Shown here: in pieces, positions 51,746 to 60,826 of the stretch
Position numbering within the stretch: the stretch's first letter is position 1
How the letters are laid out: the number at the start of each line of letters is the position of its first letter
Source of the DNA: Oscillospiraceae bacterium
GTDB lineage: Bacteria > Bacillota > Clostridia > Oscillospirales > JAAYXM01
Direction of reading: 5' to 3'
Assembly: GCA_017421025.1 (NCBI GenBank)
Contig: JAFQME010000024.1
Span: 2,820 to 66,819, forward strand
DNA length: 64,000 nt
Notes under the pieces: generated by a model
The model's input: only the letters and a program-made list of their open reading frames with translations
Database searches by the model: none
What the model was told of the DNA's origin: nothing
Position numbers and translations under genes: made by a program

Positions 51746-52919
51746 AACGCTGAAACTCTTTCCCCTTGCATTGGTGCTGGGATTCTTTGGCGGCGCAGTG
51801 GGAAGTCTGTTCCACCTTGCGGTAGACTATGTGACCGAGGTGCGGGAAGGTGCGGTGTGGCTGATTTGGCTCCTCCCTGTGGCGGGGGTCTGCCTTGCAC
51901 TGTTGTATCTTGCGGTCAAACGATTTGCGCCGCTGGACACCGACCGCGTGATTCGCTCGGCGCAAGGGGAAGAAGAAGTCCCGGTTGTGATGGCGCCTGT
52001 GATTTTCCTCGCCACGGTGGTCTCGCATCTCTTTGGTGCGTCGGTCGGGCGGGAAGGTGCGGCGCTGCAGCTTGGCGGAAGCCTTGGGAGTACACTGGGG
52101 CGTGCACTGAAGCTTGGTACAGAGGAAAAGCGCATCATCGTGATGGCGGGCATGGCAGCGGTGTTTTCCGCCTTGTTTGGCACCCCGCTTGCCGCTGCAT
52201 TTTTTGCCATTGAGGTGGCGGTGGTGGGCAATATGCGCTATTCTGCGCTGCTGCCTTGCATCCTTTCCTCGTTTGTGGCATATGAAGTGGCGCATTGGTT
52301 CGGAGTTCCGCCCGTGCGGTTTGACGCTGTGGTGCAGCCCGAACTCTCGCTGATGCTGATTGTGCAAGTGACCGTGTTGGCGGTGTTGTGTGCAGGCGTG
52401 GATGTGCTCTTTTGCAGCACGATCCGAGGAGCGGAACACCTCGGCGAGAAGTACCTCAAACACCCGGTGGTCCGTGCTGCTGTGGGCGGTGCGGTGTTGG
52501 TTGCGTTTACCTGTTTGGTGGGAAGCCACGACTACAACGGCGCCGGAACCGGGGTCATCGAAGCCGCACTTGCGGGGGAAGCACACTACGAGGCGTTTCT
52601 CCTCAAAATCCTGTTTACCGCAATCTCGATTGCGGCGGGATTCAAAGGGGGCGAGATTGTGCCCACCTTCTTCATCGGGGCGACCTTCGGGTGTGTGGCA
52701 GGCGGACTGTTGGGGATGAGCCCGGCACTCGGCGCCGCCATCGGACTCTCCTGTATGTTCTGCGGCGTGGTCAACTGCCCCACCGCATCCATTTTCCTTG
52801 CGGTGGAACTCTTTGGCGGAAGCGGGGTTTTGATGTTTACCTACGCTTGCGTGATTGCCTATCTTTTTTCGGGCAGAACCGGGCTTTACAAGAGTCAGAA
52901 AGTGGCGAAAGAAATTTAA
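51720..52919 (+). CDS. ClC-family voltage-gated chloride channel/antiporter
   Basis: Motifs: GREGAALQLGG, GTPLAAAFFAIE, GGEIVPTFFIGATFG. Start at ATG 51720 or 51726. Overlaps the upstream gene's 3' end. Confidence 0.85.
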   Translation: MQMKKILTKTLKLFPLALVLGFFGGAVGSLFHLAVDYVTEVREGAVWLIWLLPVAGVCLALLYLAVKRFAPLDTDRVIRSAQGEEEVPVVMAPVIFLATVVSHLFGASVGREGAALQLGGSLGSTLGRALKLGTEEKRIIVMAGMAAVFSALFGTPLAAAFFAIEVAVVGNMRYSALLPCILSSFVAYEVAHWFGVPPVRFDAVVQPELSLMLIVQVTVLAVLCAGVDVLFCSTIRGAEHLGEKYLKHPVVRAAVGGAVLVAFTCLVGSHDYNGAGTGVIEAALAGEAHYEAFLLKILFTAISIAAGFKGGEIVPTFFIGATFGCVAGGLLGMSPALGAAIGLSCMFCGVVNCPTASIFLAVELFGGSGVLMFTYACVIAYLFSGRTGLYKSQKVAKEI

Positions 52920-52926
52920 GAAACCC

Positions 52927-52959
52927 AAAAGCGGCATCCGCACGGATGCCGCTTTTTTT
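52927..52959 (+). terminator. Rho-independent terminator
   Basis: aaaagcggcatcc-gcac-ggatgccgcttttttt. Confidence 0.88.
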
Positions 52960-52992
52960 GAAATACTTGACATTTTTTTGATACAAAAAGAC

Positions 52993-53021
52993 TTGAAAAA
53001 GGAACAATACGGTGCTATAAT
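52993..53021 (+). promoter_or_regulatory. Promoter for the TasA-like/beta-helix gene
   Basis: TTGAAA, 17-nt spacer, TATAAT. Confidence 0.55.
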
Positions 53022-53064
53022 GTACTCTGTATCTCAGCGAAATTACATAAGGAGGAACATTGAA

Positions 53065-54468
53065 ATGTTCAAGACAACCAAGAGCAGACTTTTGGCTGCG
53101 ACACTGGCACTGCTTGTTTGTATCTCCATGTTCGTTGGCTCCACTTTTGCATGGTTTACCGACAGCGTTTCCAGCGTTAACAACATCATCAAGTCCGGCA
53201 ACCTGGACATCGAAGTTCAGTACAGCTTGGACGGCACCACCTGGAATGACTTGACCGCAGATGCAGCAATCTTTGATGAAAACGATCTGTGGGAACCGGG
53301 TCACACCGTAGTCGGCGCAATTCGCATCAAGAACGTGGGCAGCCTTGCTGCAAAGCTTGACGTTGCAACCAACGTGGTAAGCGAACTCGAAGGCACCAAC
53401 GTCTATGAAGAGTCCTTCAAGCTCTCCGATTACCTGGAAGTTTACACCGGAAACGATGCAAGCGCAATCGACTTTACTGACCGTGCAGGAAGCCTTGCAG
53501 GTCTCACCGCTGCAGCATTCGGCCAGAGCCTGTTTGCTGCTGATGTCGAATTGCTTCCGGGCAATTCCACCGACTGTGTCATCGGCATCACCATGCCGAC
53601 CACTGTTGGCAACGTTGCAAACCACAAGACCGGGACCGCTGCTCCGCAGATCACCTTTGGTATCACTGTGAATGCAACTCAGTTGATGTATGAAGATGAC
53701 AGCTTCGGCGATGATTACGACGAAGATGCTACTTATCCGGGCGGCGATGCAACCCAGTCCGAAACCAATGCGATTGCAAAGAAGCTCGCAAATGCACAGC
53801 CGGGCGACACCGTCTATCTGGAAGACATGAGCTATGGTGACTTCACCCTCGGCTCCGGCGCATACACCTATGCATCTTATCCGGCTGACCTCACCATCGT
53901 TGGCGGTACTTTCGACAAATTTGTCTTAGGTGACAAGGTCTTTGACGGTTGGACTTTCAAGGATGTCACCTTTACCGAAGGCTTGACCGCTGTCAATGCA
54001 GCAACTGTCAGCGACCTGACCCTTGATGGCTGTACCTTCAACGGTGCACGCTTCTCCATCATTGAGACTTCCGGTGTTTCCAACGACAACATCACCGTGA
54101 AGAATTGCTCCTTCCTCAACAACAAGGAACAGTCCAATCCGGCAATCCTGATTCAGAAGGGCAACAACATCACCGTGTCCGGTTGCGTCTTCAACAATGC
54201 AGGTTACAATGCAATTCAGACCAACCAGATGGCTGGCGAATTCGTATTTGAGAACAACAAGATCAACGGCACCACCGACCGTGCAATTCGTATTGCAAAT
54301 GCAGGTGCTAACATCACTGTTACCGGTAACACCATCGTTACCGCAGGCGATGTAGACGGCGAACTCTTCAAGGCATCCGGCACCAATGGTACCATCACCT
54401 TTGACGGTAACACTTGGAACGGCAAGACCGATGCGGAAGTTTCTTTCGACGGCAACGTTGTCAAGTAA
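53065..54468 (+). CDS. Secreted protein with SipW-type signal peptide, TasA/camelysin-like N-domain and right-handed beta-helix repeats
   Basis: 467 aa from ATG 53065 (SD AAGGAGGA). MFKTTKSRLLAATLALLVCISMFVGSTFAWFTD is the SipW-dependent class motif. Then IKSGNLDIEVQ...LWEPGHTVVGAIRIKNVGSLAAKL. C-terminal half has NITVKNCSFLNN / NITVSGCVFNNAGYNAIQ / NITVTGNTIV repeats. Confidence 0.8.
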   Translation: MFKTTKSRLLAATLALLVCISMFVGSTFAWFTDSVSSVNNIIKSGNLDIEVQYSLDGTTWNDLTADAAIFDENDLWEPGHTVVGAIRIKNVGSLAAKLDVATNVVSELEGTNVYEESFKLSDYLEVYTGNDASAIDFTDRAGSLAGLTAAAFGQSLFAADVELLPGNSTDCVIGITMPTTVGNVANHKTGTAAPQITFGITVNATQLMYEDDSFGDDYDEDATYPGGDATQSETNAIAKKLANAQPGDTVYLEDMSYGDFTLGSGAYTYASYPADLTIVGGTFDKFVLGDKVFDGWTFKDVTFTEGLTAVNAATVSDLTLDGCTFNGARFSIIETSGVSNDNITVKNCSFLNNKEQSNPAILIQKGNNITVSGCVFNNAGYNAIQTNQMAGEFVFENNKINGTTDRAIRIANAGANITVTGNTIVTAGDVDGELFKASGTNGTITFDGNTWNGKTDAEVSFDGNVVK

Positions 54469-54556
54469 ACTGAAACACAGTTTAAGAGAGGGTCTAAGGT
54501 GTCTTTCCTTAGGGAGGAATCGGTTTTGACCCGCCCTTTTCCGCAAATACTGCATC

Positions 54557-54607
54557 AAAAAGCACCGATATCCGTCAGGATGATCGGTGCTTTTCTTCTT
54601 TTTTTGT
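54557..54607 (+). terminator. Rho-independent terminator
   Basis: aaaaagcaccgat-(13-nt loop)-atcggtgctttt, followed by cttcttttttt. Confidence 0.75.
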
Positions 54608-54684
54608 GATGCTATCCGCACGAAATTCCGCTTTTCGACGAATCATCCCTATAGGAAGCCGCCTAAAGGACTCTCTCTTTTTTC

Positions 54685-54713
54685 TTGTAAATGCGGGAAA
54701 TTTGTGATAAAAT
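54685..54713 (+). promoter_or_regulatory. Promoter for ahcY
   Basis: TTGTAA, 17-nt spacer, TAAAAT with TGa extended -10. Confidence 0.5.
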
Positions 54714-54744
54714 GTTCTTATCTATCCGAAAGTGGGGAGAAAGT

Positions 54745-55983
54745 ATGAATTTACAGGAAGAAAAACGCCTGATTGCTTCGGGAAAAGAGAAGATTGATTG
54801 GGTGTGGAGATTCATGCCCGTTTTGCAGGAAGTGGAAAAAATCCTGATTTCCGAGGGCACATTCAAAGACAAAACCATTGCGATGAGTATTCACATGGAG
54901 GCAAAGACCGCAAACCTCGCACTCATGTTAAAACGTGCGGGTGCAAAGGTTTATGCCACCGGCTGTAATCCGCTCTCCACGCAGGACGATGTTGCAGCGG
55001 CGTTGGCTGCCGAGGGGGTCACGGTTCATGCGAGATATGGCGTGAGTGCGGAGGAATACGAAAAGGACCTCATAGAGACCCTGCGCTGTATGCCGGACCT
55101 GTTCATTGATGACGGCGGAGACCTGGTGAATTTGCTCCACGGAGAAGCCCATCCGTTCTCGGTGCGTGTCATTGGCGGCTGTGAAGAGACCACAACCGGG
55201 ATTTCCCGCTTGGTCGCACGCAGTGAGCAGGGGAAACTGGAATTTCCGATGCTTGCGGTCAACAACGCAGCGTGCAAGCATTTGTTTGATAATCACCACG
55301 GCACGGGTCAGTCGGTTTGGGACGGCATTATGCGTGGTACCAATGTCATGATTGCAGGGAAGTGCGTGGTAGTTGCGGGCTATGGCGACTGCGGCTCGGG
55401 CGTGGCAAAGCGTGCCCGTGGGCTTGGCGCACGTGTTGTGGTGTGTGAAGTGGATGCGGTCAAGGCGATTTCGGCGGTCTCCGACGGCTTTACCGTGATG
55501 CCCATGATCGAGGCGGCGGAAATCGGAGATATTTTCGTCACTGTGACCGGGTGCAAGGACGTGCTCACCAAAGAGCATTTCGACCGCATGAAGAGCGGTG
55601 CGATGCTCTCCAATGCAGGGCATTTTAATGTGGAAATCAATCTGGATGATTTGGCGCAAGGGGTCACCGAGATTTGCGAGACCCGCCGCAACATTCATTC
55701 TTATACTTATGAAAACGGAAAAGTGCTGCACCTGTTGGGTGTGGGCAGACTGGTCAACCTGGTCCTGGGCGACGGGCATCCTGCCGAGATCATGGACCTT
55801 TCCTTTGCGGTGCAGGCACTTGCGCTCAAGCACCTGGCAGAGACCGGACGGGATTTGGAGCCGGATCTTTACCGTGTACCCGAGGATGTGGATGAGCGGA
55901 TTTCCCTCATCAAGCTTCAGAGCTTGGGAATGCGCATTGACACCCTGACTCGGGAACAGCAGAAATATCTGAAAAGTTTTTAA
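54745..55983 (+). CDS. ahcY: Adenosylhomocysteinase
   Basis: 412 aa from ATG 54745 (SD GGGGAGA). Motifs: HMEAKTANLALMLKRAGAKV..TGCNPLSTQDDVAAAL, GCEETTTG, VVAGYGDCGSGVA NAD site. Confidence 0.9.
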   Translation: MNLQEEKRLIASGKEKIDWVWRFMPVLQEVEKILISEGTFKDKTIAMSIHMEAKTANLALMLKRAGAKVYATGCNPLSTQDDVAAALAAEGVTVHARYGVSAEEYEKDLIETLRCMPDLFIDDGGDLVNLLHGEAHPFSVRVIGGCEETTTGISRLVARSEQGKLEFPMLAVNNAACKHLFDNHHGTGQSVWDGIMRGTNVMIAGKCVVVAGYGDCGSGVAKRARGLGARVVVCEVDAVKAISAVSDGFTVMPMIEAAEIGDIFVTVTGCKDVLTKEHFDRMKSGAMLSNAGHFNVEINLDDLAQGVTEICETRRNIHSYTYENGKVLHLLGVGRLVNLVLGDGHPAEIMDLSFAVQALALKHLAETGRDLEPDLYRVPEDVDERISLIKLQSLGMRIDTLTREQQKYLKSF

Positions 55984-55995
55984 GGAGGCTTTGAC

Positions 55996-56691
55996 ATGAT
56001 TCGTTCTCAAAGACTCAAGTGGGACTCGGACTTCTTCGGGGTCGAGTGCGGCAGAATTGATTTAAACGGTACGGTGAGCGAGCCGGATTTTGAACTCCAT
56101 CTCGCCACCCTCAAAACCATGGATATGATTACCCTTGTCAATCATGACATGGACGATCAAAACGGAGAACTCATTGCAAACATGACCCGGGGGAAACTGG
56201 TGGATGTCAATGTGCAGTTTGTGAAGAAACTGCCCGGAGCACATCAAAAAGGGGTCAATGCGACCGAGCGGTATCCGGGGAATGACAAGCTCACCGCACT
56301 TGCGGAGAGCGCATTCACCGTGTCGAGATTTACCCAGGACCCGAAACTGCGTGCCCTGGGCGGCGGTAACGTGTATCGGGAATGGGTGAAGAATGCATAC
56401 AACCAGTATGGGAAATACTTTGTAGTGCTGGGGGATTCGGATGCATTTTCTCTCTTCCATATTGATGGAAATGCGCTGGTGTTGGAGCTGATTGCGGTCT
56501 CGCCTGAGCATCAGAAGAGCGGGCTTGGGACCCTCATGTGGCAGGTGCTGGAGCGAGAGGCACGGCATCTGGGCGCACGGGAGATTCATGTGGGGACTCA
56601 GCTGCAGAATTTCAGCGCAATGAAGTTTTATCATAAAATGGGCTGTACCATGGTTTCCACCGCACAGGTGTACCATTGGTGGCAGAGATAG
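55996..56691 (+). CDS. GNAT-family N-acetyltransferase
   Basis: 231 aa. C-terminal acetyl-CoA motif: LIAVSPEHQKSGLGTLMWQVLEREARHLGAREIHVGTQLQNFSAMKFYHKMG. Confidence 0.8.
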   Translation: MIRSQRLKWDSDFFGVECGRIDLNGTVSEPDFELHLATLKTMDMITLVNHDMDDQNGELIANMTRGKLVDVNVQFVKKLPGAHQKGVNATERYPGNDKLTALAESAFTVSRFTQDPKLRALGGGNVYREWVKNAYNQYGKYFVVLGDSDAFSLFHIDGNALVLELIAVSPEHQKSGLGTLMWQVLEREARHLGAREIHVGTQLQNFSAMKFYHKMGCTMVSTAQVYHWWQR

Positions 56692-56705
56692 GGTCAGGCG
56701 AGCAG

Positions 56706-57224
56706 ATGGAGTTTCAGAAATTGATTGAAGAGCGGTATTCGGTGCGCTCCTTTCGTCCCGAGCATTTGGGACAGGAGGTGATCGACCGCATTTTGGCGGC
56801 GGGACACAAAGCGCCCACCGGGTGCAACTACCAGCCGCAACGTATTTTAGTGCTCAATACCGATGAATCGATTGAGAAGTTGTCTTCCTGCACCAAGTGC
56901 GGGTTTGGCGCACCGACTGCGATGCTGGTGTGTTACCACCGCAGCGAGACTTGGACCCGTCCGTATGACGGAGCGCACTCTGCACCGGTGGATGCCGCAA
57001 TTGTGGCAACGCATTTGATGCTTGCCGCACATGATTTGGGTGTGGGTTGCTGTTGGGTGATGCACTTTGACCCGGCGGCAATGCGAGCGGCGTTTCACAT
57101 CCCGAATGAGGTGGAGCCGCTGGCGCTTTTGGTGATGGGATATCCGAGTGAGGAAGCCGCACCGCTTCCGTTACACAGCACCGTTCGTCCGATGGACGAG
57201 GTGGTGCGATATGAACAGTTTTGA
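56706..57224 (+). CDS. Nitroreductase-family oxidoreductase
   Basis: 172 aa from ATG 56706. Motifs: RYSVRSFRPE, APTGCNYQPQRILV. Confidence 0.82.
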   Translation: MEFQKLIEERYSVRSFRPEHLGQEVIDRILAAGHKAPTGCNYQPQRILVLNTDESIEKLSSCTKCGFGAPTAMLVCYHRSETWTRPYDGAHSAPVDAAIVATHLMLAAHDLGVGCCWVMHFDPAAMRAAFHIPNEVEPLALLVMGYPSEEAAPLPLHSTVRPMDEVVRYEQF

Positions 57225-57253
57225 GCGGTCAAAACTGAGATAGGAGTTCGCTT

Positions 57254-59713
57254 ATGAAAAAGCCGGTTTGTATTTTGTTGTGTGCAGGAAAAGGCTCCCG
57301 TATGGGGGAGACCTCGACACACAAGGTATGCCAAAAAATTGCGGGAGTGCCTGCGGTCATCCGTCTGATGGATCGGATGAGAAGTGCGGGTGTGACCCGT
57401 TTTATCGTGGTGGTCGGACACCGTGCCGAGGACGTGATGAAAACCCTTGCAAACGAGCCCGGGGTGACCTTTGCGTATCAGCCCGAGCAGTTGGGGACCG
57501 GAAACGCTGCGCTCTACGGTCTGCGTGCCATGGCGGCATCGGGCGAGGAGGGGCCTGTCCTCATTGCGATGGGGGACAAGATCATTGCATCCGGTGTGGT
57601 GGAAGAACTGTTGCGGGTGTATGAGGAAGAAAATGTCCCGTGCGTATTTGCCACCCAACCAGAGGAATACAACCGTTTTGGCGGCAGAATTGTCATCCGT
57701 GACGGAAAAGTGCACGGGATTGTGGAGCACATGGATGTGCTTGCTTGCCGTGTGGCAAGAGGAGAGGCCGCCGAGGACATTATTTGCGAGCAAGGACTTT
57801 CCGAAAAGAAAGCGGCACAGCTTCGTGCGGCGAATGGCACTCCCACCTATCGTTTGGGAGAAAATGAATTTACCCCCGAGGAGATTCTCTCTTCGGGTGC
57901 AATCAATACCGCAACCTATTTGATGGACAGCCGCCTGCTCACACAAGCACTCAGCGGTGTGGGGGCGACCAATGTCCAGGGCGAAGTGTATTTGACCGAT
58001 GCGGTGAATACATTGGCACAGACGGGCGGGGCAAAGACCGTCCATGTGACCGACAAGGAATCCCTGCTCACATTCTCCACCATGGAGGACCTTTTGGGAC
58101 TGGAGCAGTATTTCATTCCGCAGGTGCAGTCTTTGCGCACGGCGAGTGAGTGGCTTTCTGCCCTTGACGGGATGGACGACACCCTCGCACGGATTTACGG
58201 GGCGGAAAATGTTTCCGAGCGCAAAGCCGCTTACCGTGCGGTCCTTGAGGGGTATCTCGCAGAGTACGGGGACGGGGAAGTGGTGATTTCCCGTGCGCCG
58301 GGCAGAGTGAATCTCATGGGTCGGCACATTGAGCACCGTGGCGGAAGCATCAACGTGATTTCCATCAACCGTGAGATGCTTTTGGTTGCGGGGAAACGCT
58401 CGGATGATACCGTGAAAATTGCAAATCTGAAGGAAAACTTCCCGAAGCGGGAGTTTTCCATCTCGGATTGTATGAAAAAATATGAGACCGCAAACTGGGT
58501 GGATTTCATCGAATCCGACGAAATTACCCGAATGGTGACCGACAACAAAGGGGATTGGTCCAACTACATCAAGGCAGGGGTTTTGCGTCTGCAGCTCAAG
58601 GAGAAGCACACCCCGCTTACCGGAATGAATCTGATGTTCTCGGGCAATATCCCGATGGCGGCAGGGCTTTCCTCCTCCTCTGCGCTTGTGGTTTCCACTA
58701 TGGAAGCTGCAGTGGCACTCTCGGGCACCGAGCTCAAAGCGCAGGAGTTTATTCACCTGTGCGGCGAGGGGGAATGGTTTGTGGGCAGCCGTGGAGGTGC
58801 GGGCGACCACGCCGCCATGAAGAGCGGAAAACGCGGCAAAATCACGCACATTTCCTTCTGCCCGTTTGAGATTTGTGAGAGCATCCCGTTCCCGGATGAA
58901 TATGACATGGTGGTCATCAACTCTTACGTGGATGCGAAAAAGAGTGCAGGGGCAAAGGACCAGTTCAATCAGCGAGTGGCGAGTTATGAATTCGGATTCA
59001 TGCTGCTGTATGAGGCATTCCCGCAGTATCGGGAGAAGATGAAGTTCTTAAAAAACATCAATCCCAAGACCTTGCAGGTGCCGTCCAGCGTGATTTACGA
59101 AATGCTGCTCACCCTGCCTGAGCGCATGACCATCTCCGAGATTTATGCGGCACTTCCCGAACGCTATCACGAGAAGATCGACCGCATTTGCAAGAGCCAT
59201 GCGGCACCGGAGTTTTATGAGATTCGCTCGGTCATCCTCTACGGAATCGCTGAGTGTGAGCGTGCGGAAAAGTGCATGGATCTCCTCAAAAACAAGGATT
59301 ATGAGCTGCTTGGGAAACTTATGGACATCAGTCATGATGGAGACCGTGTCACGAAAAACGGCGTCGCCTATGACTGTTCAGCAAGTGATCTGTATCTCTA
59401 TCGCCAGATTGCGGCGTTGGGGAGTCAGGACCCGGAAAAGGTGCTTTCTGCGCAGTTGTGGATGCAGCCGGGCGGGTATGCGTGCTCGACCCCGGTCATC
59501 GACGATTTGGTAGACGCTCTGCATGAGCAGGCGGGGGTCCTCGGGGTACAGCTTTCGGGCGCAGGGCTTGGCGGTTGTATCATGGCACTGGTGGAAAAGG
59601 CGCATACACAGGATGTTTTGGCGTTCTTGAAAGCGCATTATTATGAGAAAAATGGGCTGCCCATGGGTGCGGAGGTATTTGCACCGGTGGAAGGAAGCGG
59701 AATCGTGGAGTAA
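57254..59713 (+). CDS. Bifunctional sugar-1-phosphate nucleotidyltransferase (N-terminal) / GHMP sugar-1-kinase (C-terminal) fusion
   Basis: 819 aa. N-terminal: ILLCAGKGSRMG and QPEQLGTGNA (GlmU-like NTP-transferase). C-terminal: GRVNLMGRHIEHRGG (galactokinase signature), PMAAGLSSSSALVVS (GHMP motif II), SGAGLGGCIMALV (motif III). Confidence 0.8.
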   Translation: MKKPVCILLCAGKGSRMGETSTHKVCQKIAGVPAVIRLMDRMRSAGVTRFIVVVGHRAEDVMKTLANEPGVTFAYQPEQLGTGNAALYGLRAMAASGEEGPVLIAMGDKIIASGVVEELLRVYEEENVPCVFATQPEEYNRFGGRIVIRDGKVHGIVEHMDVLACRVARGEAAEDIICEQGLSEKKAAQLRAANGTPTYRLGENEFTPEEILSSGAINTATYLMDSRLLTQALSGVGATNVQGEVYLTDAVNTLAQTGGAKTVHVTDKESLLTFSTMEDLLGLEQYFIPQVQSLRTASEWLSALDGMDDTLARIYGAENVSERKAAYRAVLEGYLAEYGDGEVVISRAPGRVNLMGRHIEHRGGSINVISINREMLLVAGKRSDDTVKIANLKENFPKREFSISDCMKKYETANWVDFIESDEITRMVTDNKGDWSNYIKAGVLRLQLKEKHTPLTGMNLMFSGNIPMAAGLSSSSALVVSTMEAAVALSGTELKAQEFIHLCGEGEWFVGSRGGAGDHAAMKSGKRGKITHISFCPFEICESIPFPDEYDMVVINSYVDAKKSAGAKDQFNQRVASYEFGFMLLYEAFPQYREKMKFLKNINPKTLQVPSSVIYEMLLTLPERMTISEIYAALPERYHEKIDRICKSHAAPEFYEIRSVILYGIAECERAEKCMDLLKNKDYELLGKLMDISHDGDRVTKNGVAYDCSASDLYLYRQIAALGSQDPEKVLSAQLWMQPGGYACSTPVIDDLVDALHEQAGVLGVQLSGAGLGGCIMALVEKAHTQDVLAFLKAHYYEKNGLPMGAEVFAPVEGSGIVE

Positions 59714-59716
59714 ATC

Positions 59717-60826
59717 ATGACAGAAAAGTTATATGACAACGCATATTTGAAGGAATTTGATGCAGAGGTGCTCTCCTGCGAGGAGAAAAACGGCAAGTTT
59801 GCAGTGGTGCTTTCCCGTACCGCATTCTTCCCCGAAGGGGGCGGTCAGGCGGCAGACCTCGGTGTTTTGGGCGAGGCGGAGGTTCTGGACGTGCAGGAGT
59901 GTGACGGTGTGATTGTTCACACAGTAAGCGCACCGCTTGCAGGATGTGTTCACGGAGTGATCGATTGGGAGACCCGATTTGAGCGGATGCAAAACCACAC
60001 GGGCGAGCATTTGGTGAGCGGTATCATCCACGAGAAGTACGGCTACAACAATGTGGGCTTCCACATGGGGGCTGACTGTCTCACCTTTGATTTTGACGGG
60101 CCGTTGAGCCTCGAGCAAGCCGCCGAGGTGGAAGCACTTGCAAACCGTGCGGTGTATGAAAACCGTGCAGTGACCGTGTCGTATCCGGAGCATCCGGAGG
60201 AGTTGGAGTACCGCAGTAAGCTGGACCTTTCCGAGGGGGTTCGTATTGTGACGGTTGAGGGTTACGATGTTTGCGCCTGCTGTGCGCCGCACGTGGCATC
60301 TACCGGCGAAATCGGGTGCATTAAGATTTTAGACGTCACGCCGCACAAGGGCGGTGTGCGCATCACCATGATTTGCGGAAAGACCGCATACAACGACTAC
60401 TGCGGATTACACGCAGATGTGCGAAAACTGATGAAGTTGCTCAGCGCCCCACGTGACGGGGTGGTGGAGGCGGTGGAAAAACTCCTCGGCGAGATTTCCG
60501 CCGCAAAAGGCGAGATTTCCGCACTCAAGGCGGATTTGGCAAAGTCCGGGCTGGAGGTCACCCAAATCGGGGCATGGGCGGTTGGATTCCTGCCCGAGGC
60601 GGGGTTTGACGCACTGCGCTCCATCATCAACGGGTTATCGGATGGCACCGCACTGTTTGCTTTGAGTGGGGAGTACATGGTCCGTGGTGAGGGTGCCGGG
60701 GACTTGACCCGTGCCTTGAATGCCGCATTTTCCGGGAAAGGCGGCGGCAAGCCGAACTTTACCCAAGGGAAATTGGTTGGAGAGCAGGATGCAATCACCA
60801 AGTTTTTTGAGGAGATGAACGCATGA
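59717..60826 (+). CDS. alaX: Alanyl-tRNA editing protein (AlaX-L type, tRNA-synthetase SAD domain)
   Basis: 369 aa. Zn-binding motifs HTGEHLVSGIIH (HxxxH) and CCAPHV (CxxxH). The symbol is descriptive only. Confidence 0.78.
   Translation: MTEKLYDNAYLKEFDAEVLSCEEKNGKFAVVLSRTAFFPEGGGQAADLGVLGEAEVLDVQECDGVIVHTVSAPLAGCVHGVIDWETRFERMQNHTGEHLVSGIIHEKYGYNNVGFHMGADCLTFDFDGPLSLEQAAEVEALANRAVYENRAVTVSYPEHPEELEYRSKLDLSEGVRIVTVEGYDVCACCAPHVASTGEIGCIKILDVTPHKGGVRITMICGKTAYNDYCGLHADVRKLMKLLSAPRDGVVEAVEKLLGEISAAKGEISALKADLAKSGLEVTQIGAWAVGFLPEAGFDALRSIINGLSDGTALFALSGEYMVRGEGAGDLTRALNAAFSGKGGGKPNFTQGKLVGEQDAITKFFEEMNA

Noticed and set aside
51582-52973. 463-aa minus-strand ORF
   Set aside because: It is antisense to the ClC channel gene. 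The product is extremely Arg/His-rich and not credible as a protein.
54608-54744. SAH riboswitch upstream of ahcY
   Set aside because: The promoter-like element at 54685..54713 leaves a leader of only about 25-30 nt. That is too short for a riboswitch, and I see no conserved pseudoknot-type pairing.
57095-58849. 584-aa minus-strand ORF
   Set aside because: It is antisense to the nucleotidyltransferase/GHMP-kinase fusion, whose motifs are unambiguous. The product has an Arg/His/Gly-rich composition typical of non-coding frames in GC-rich DNA.
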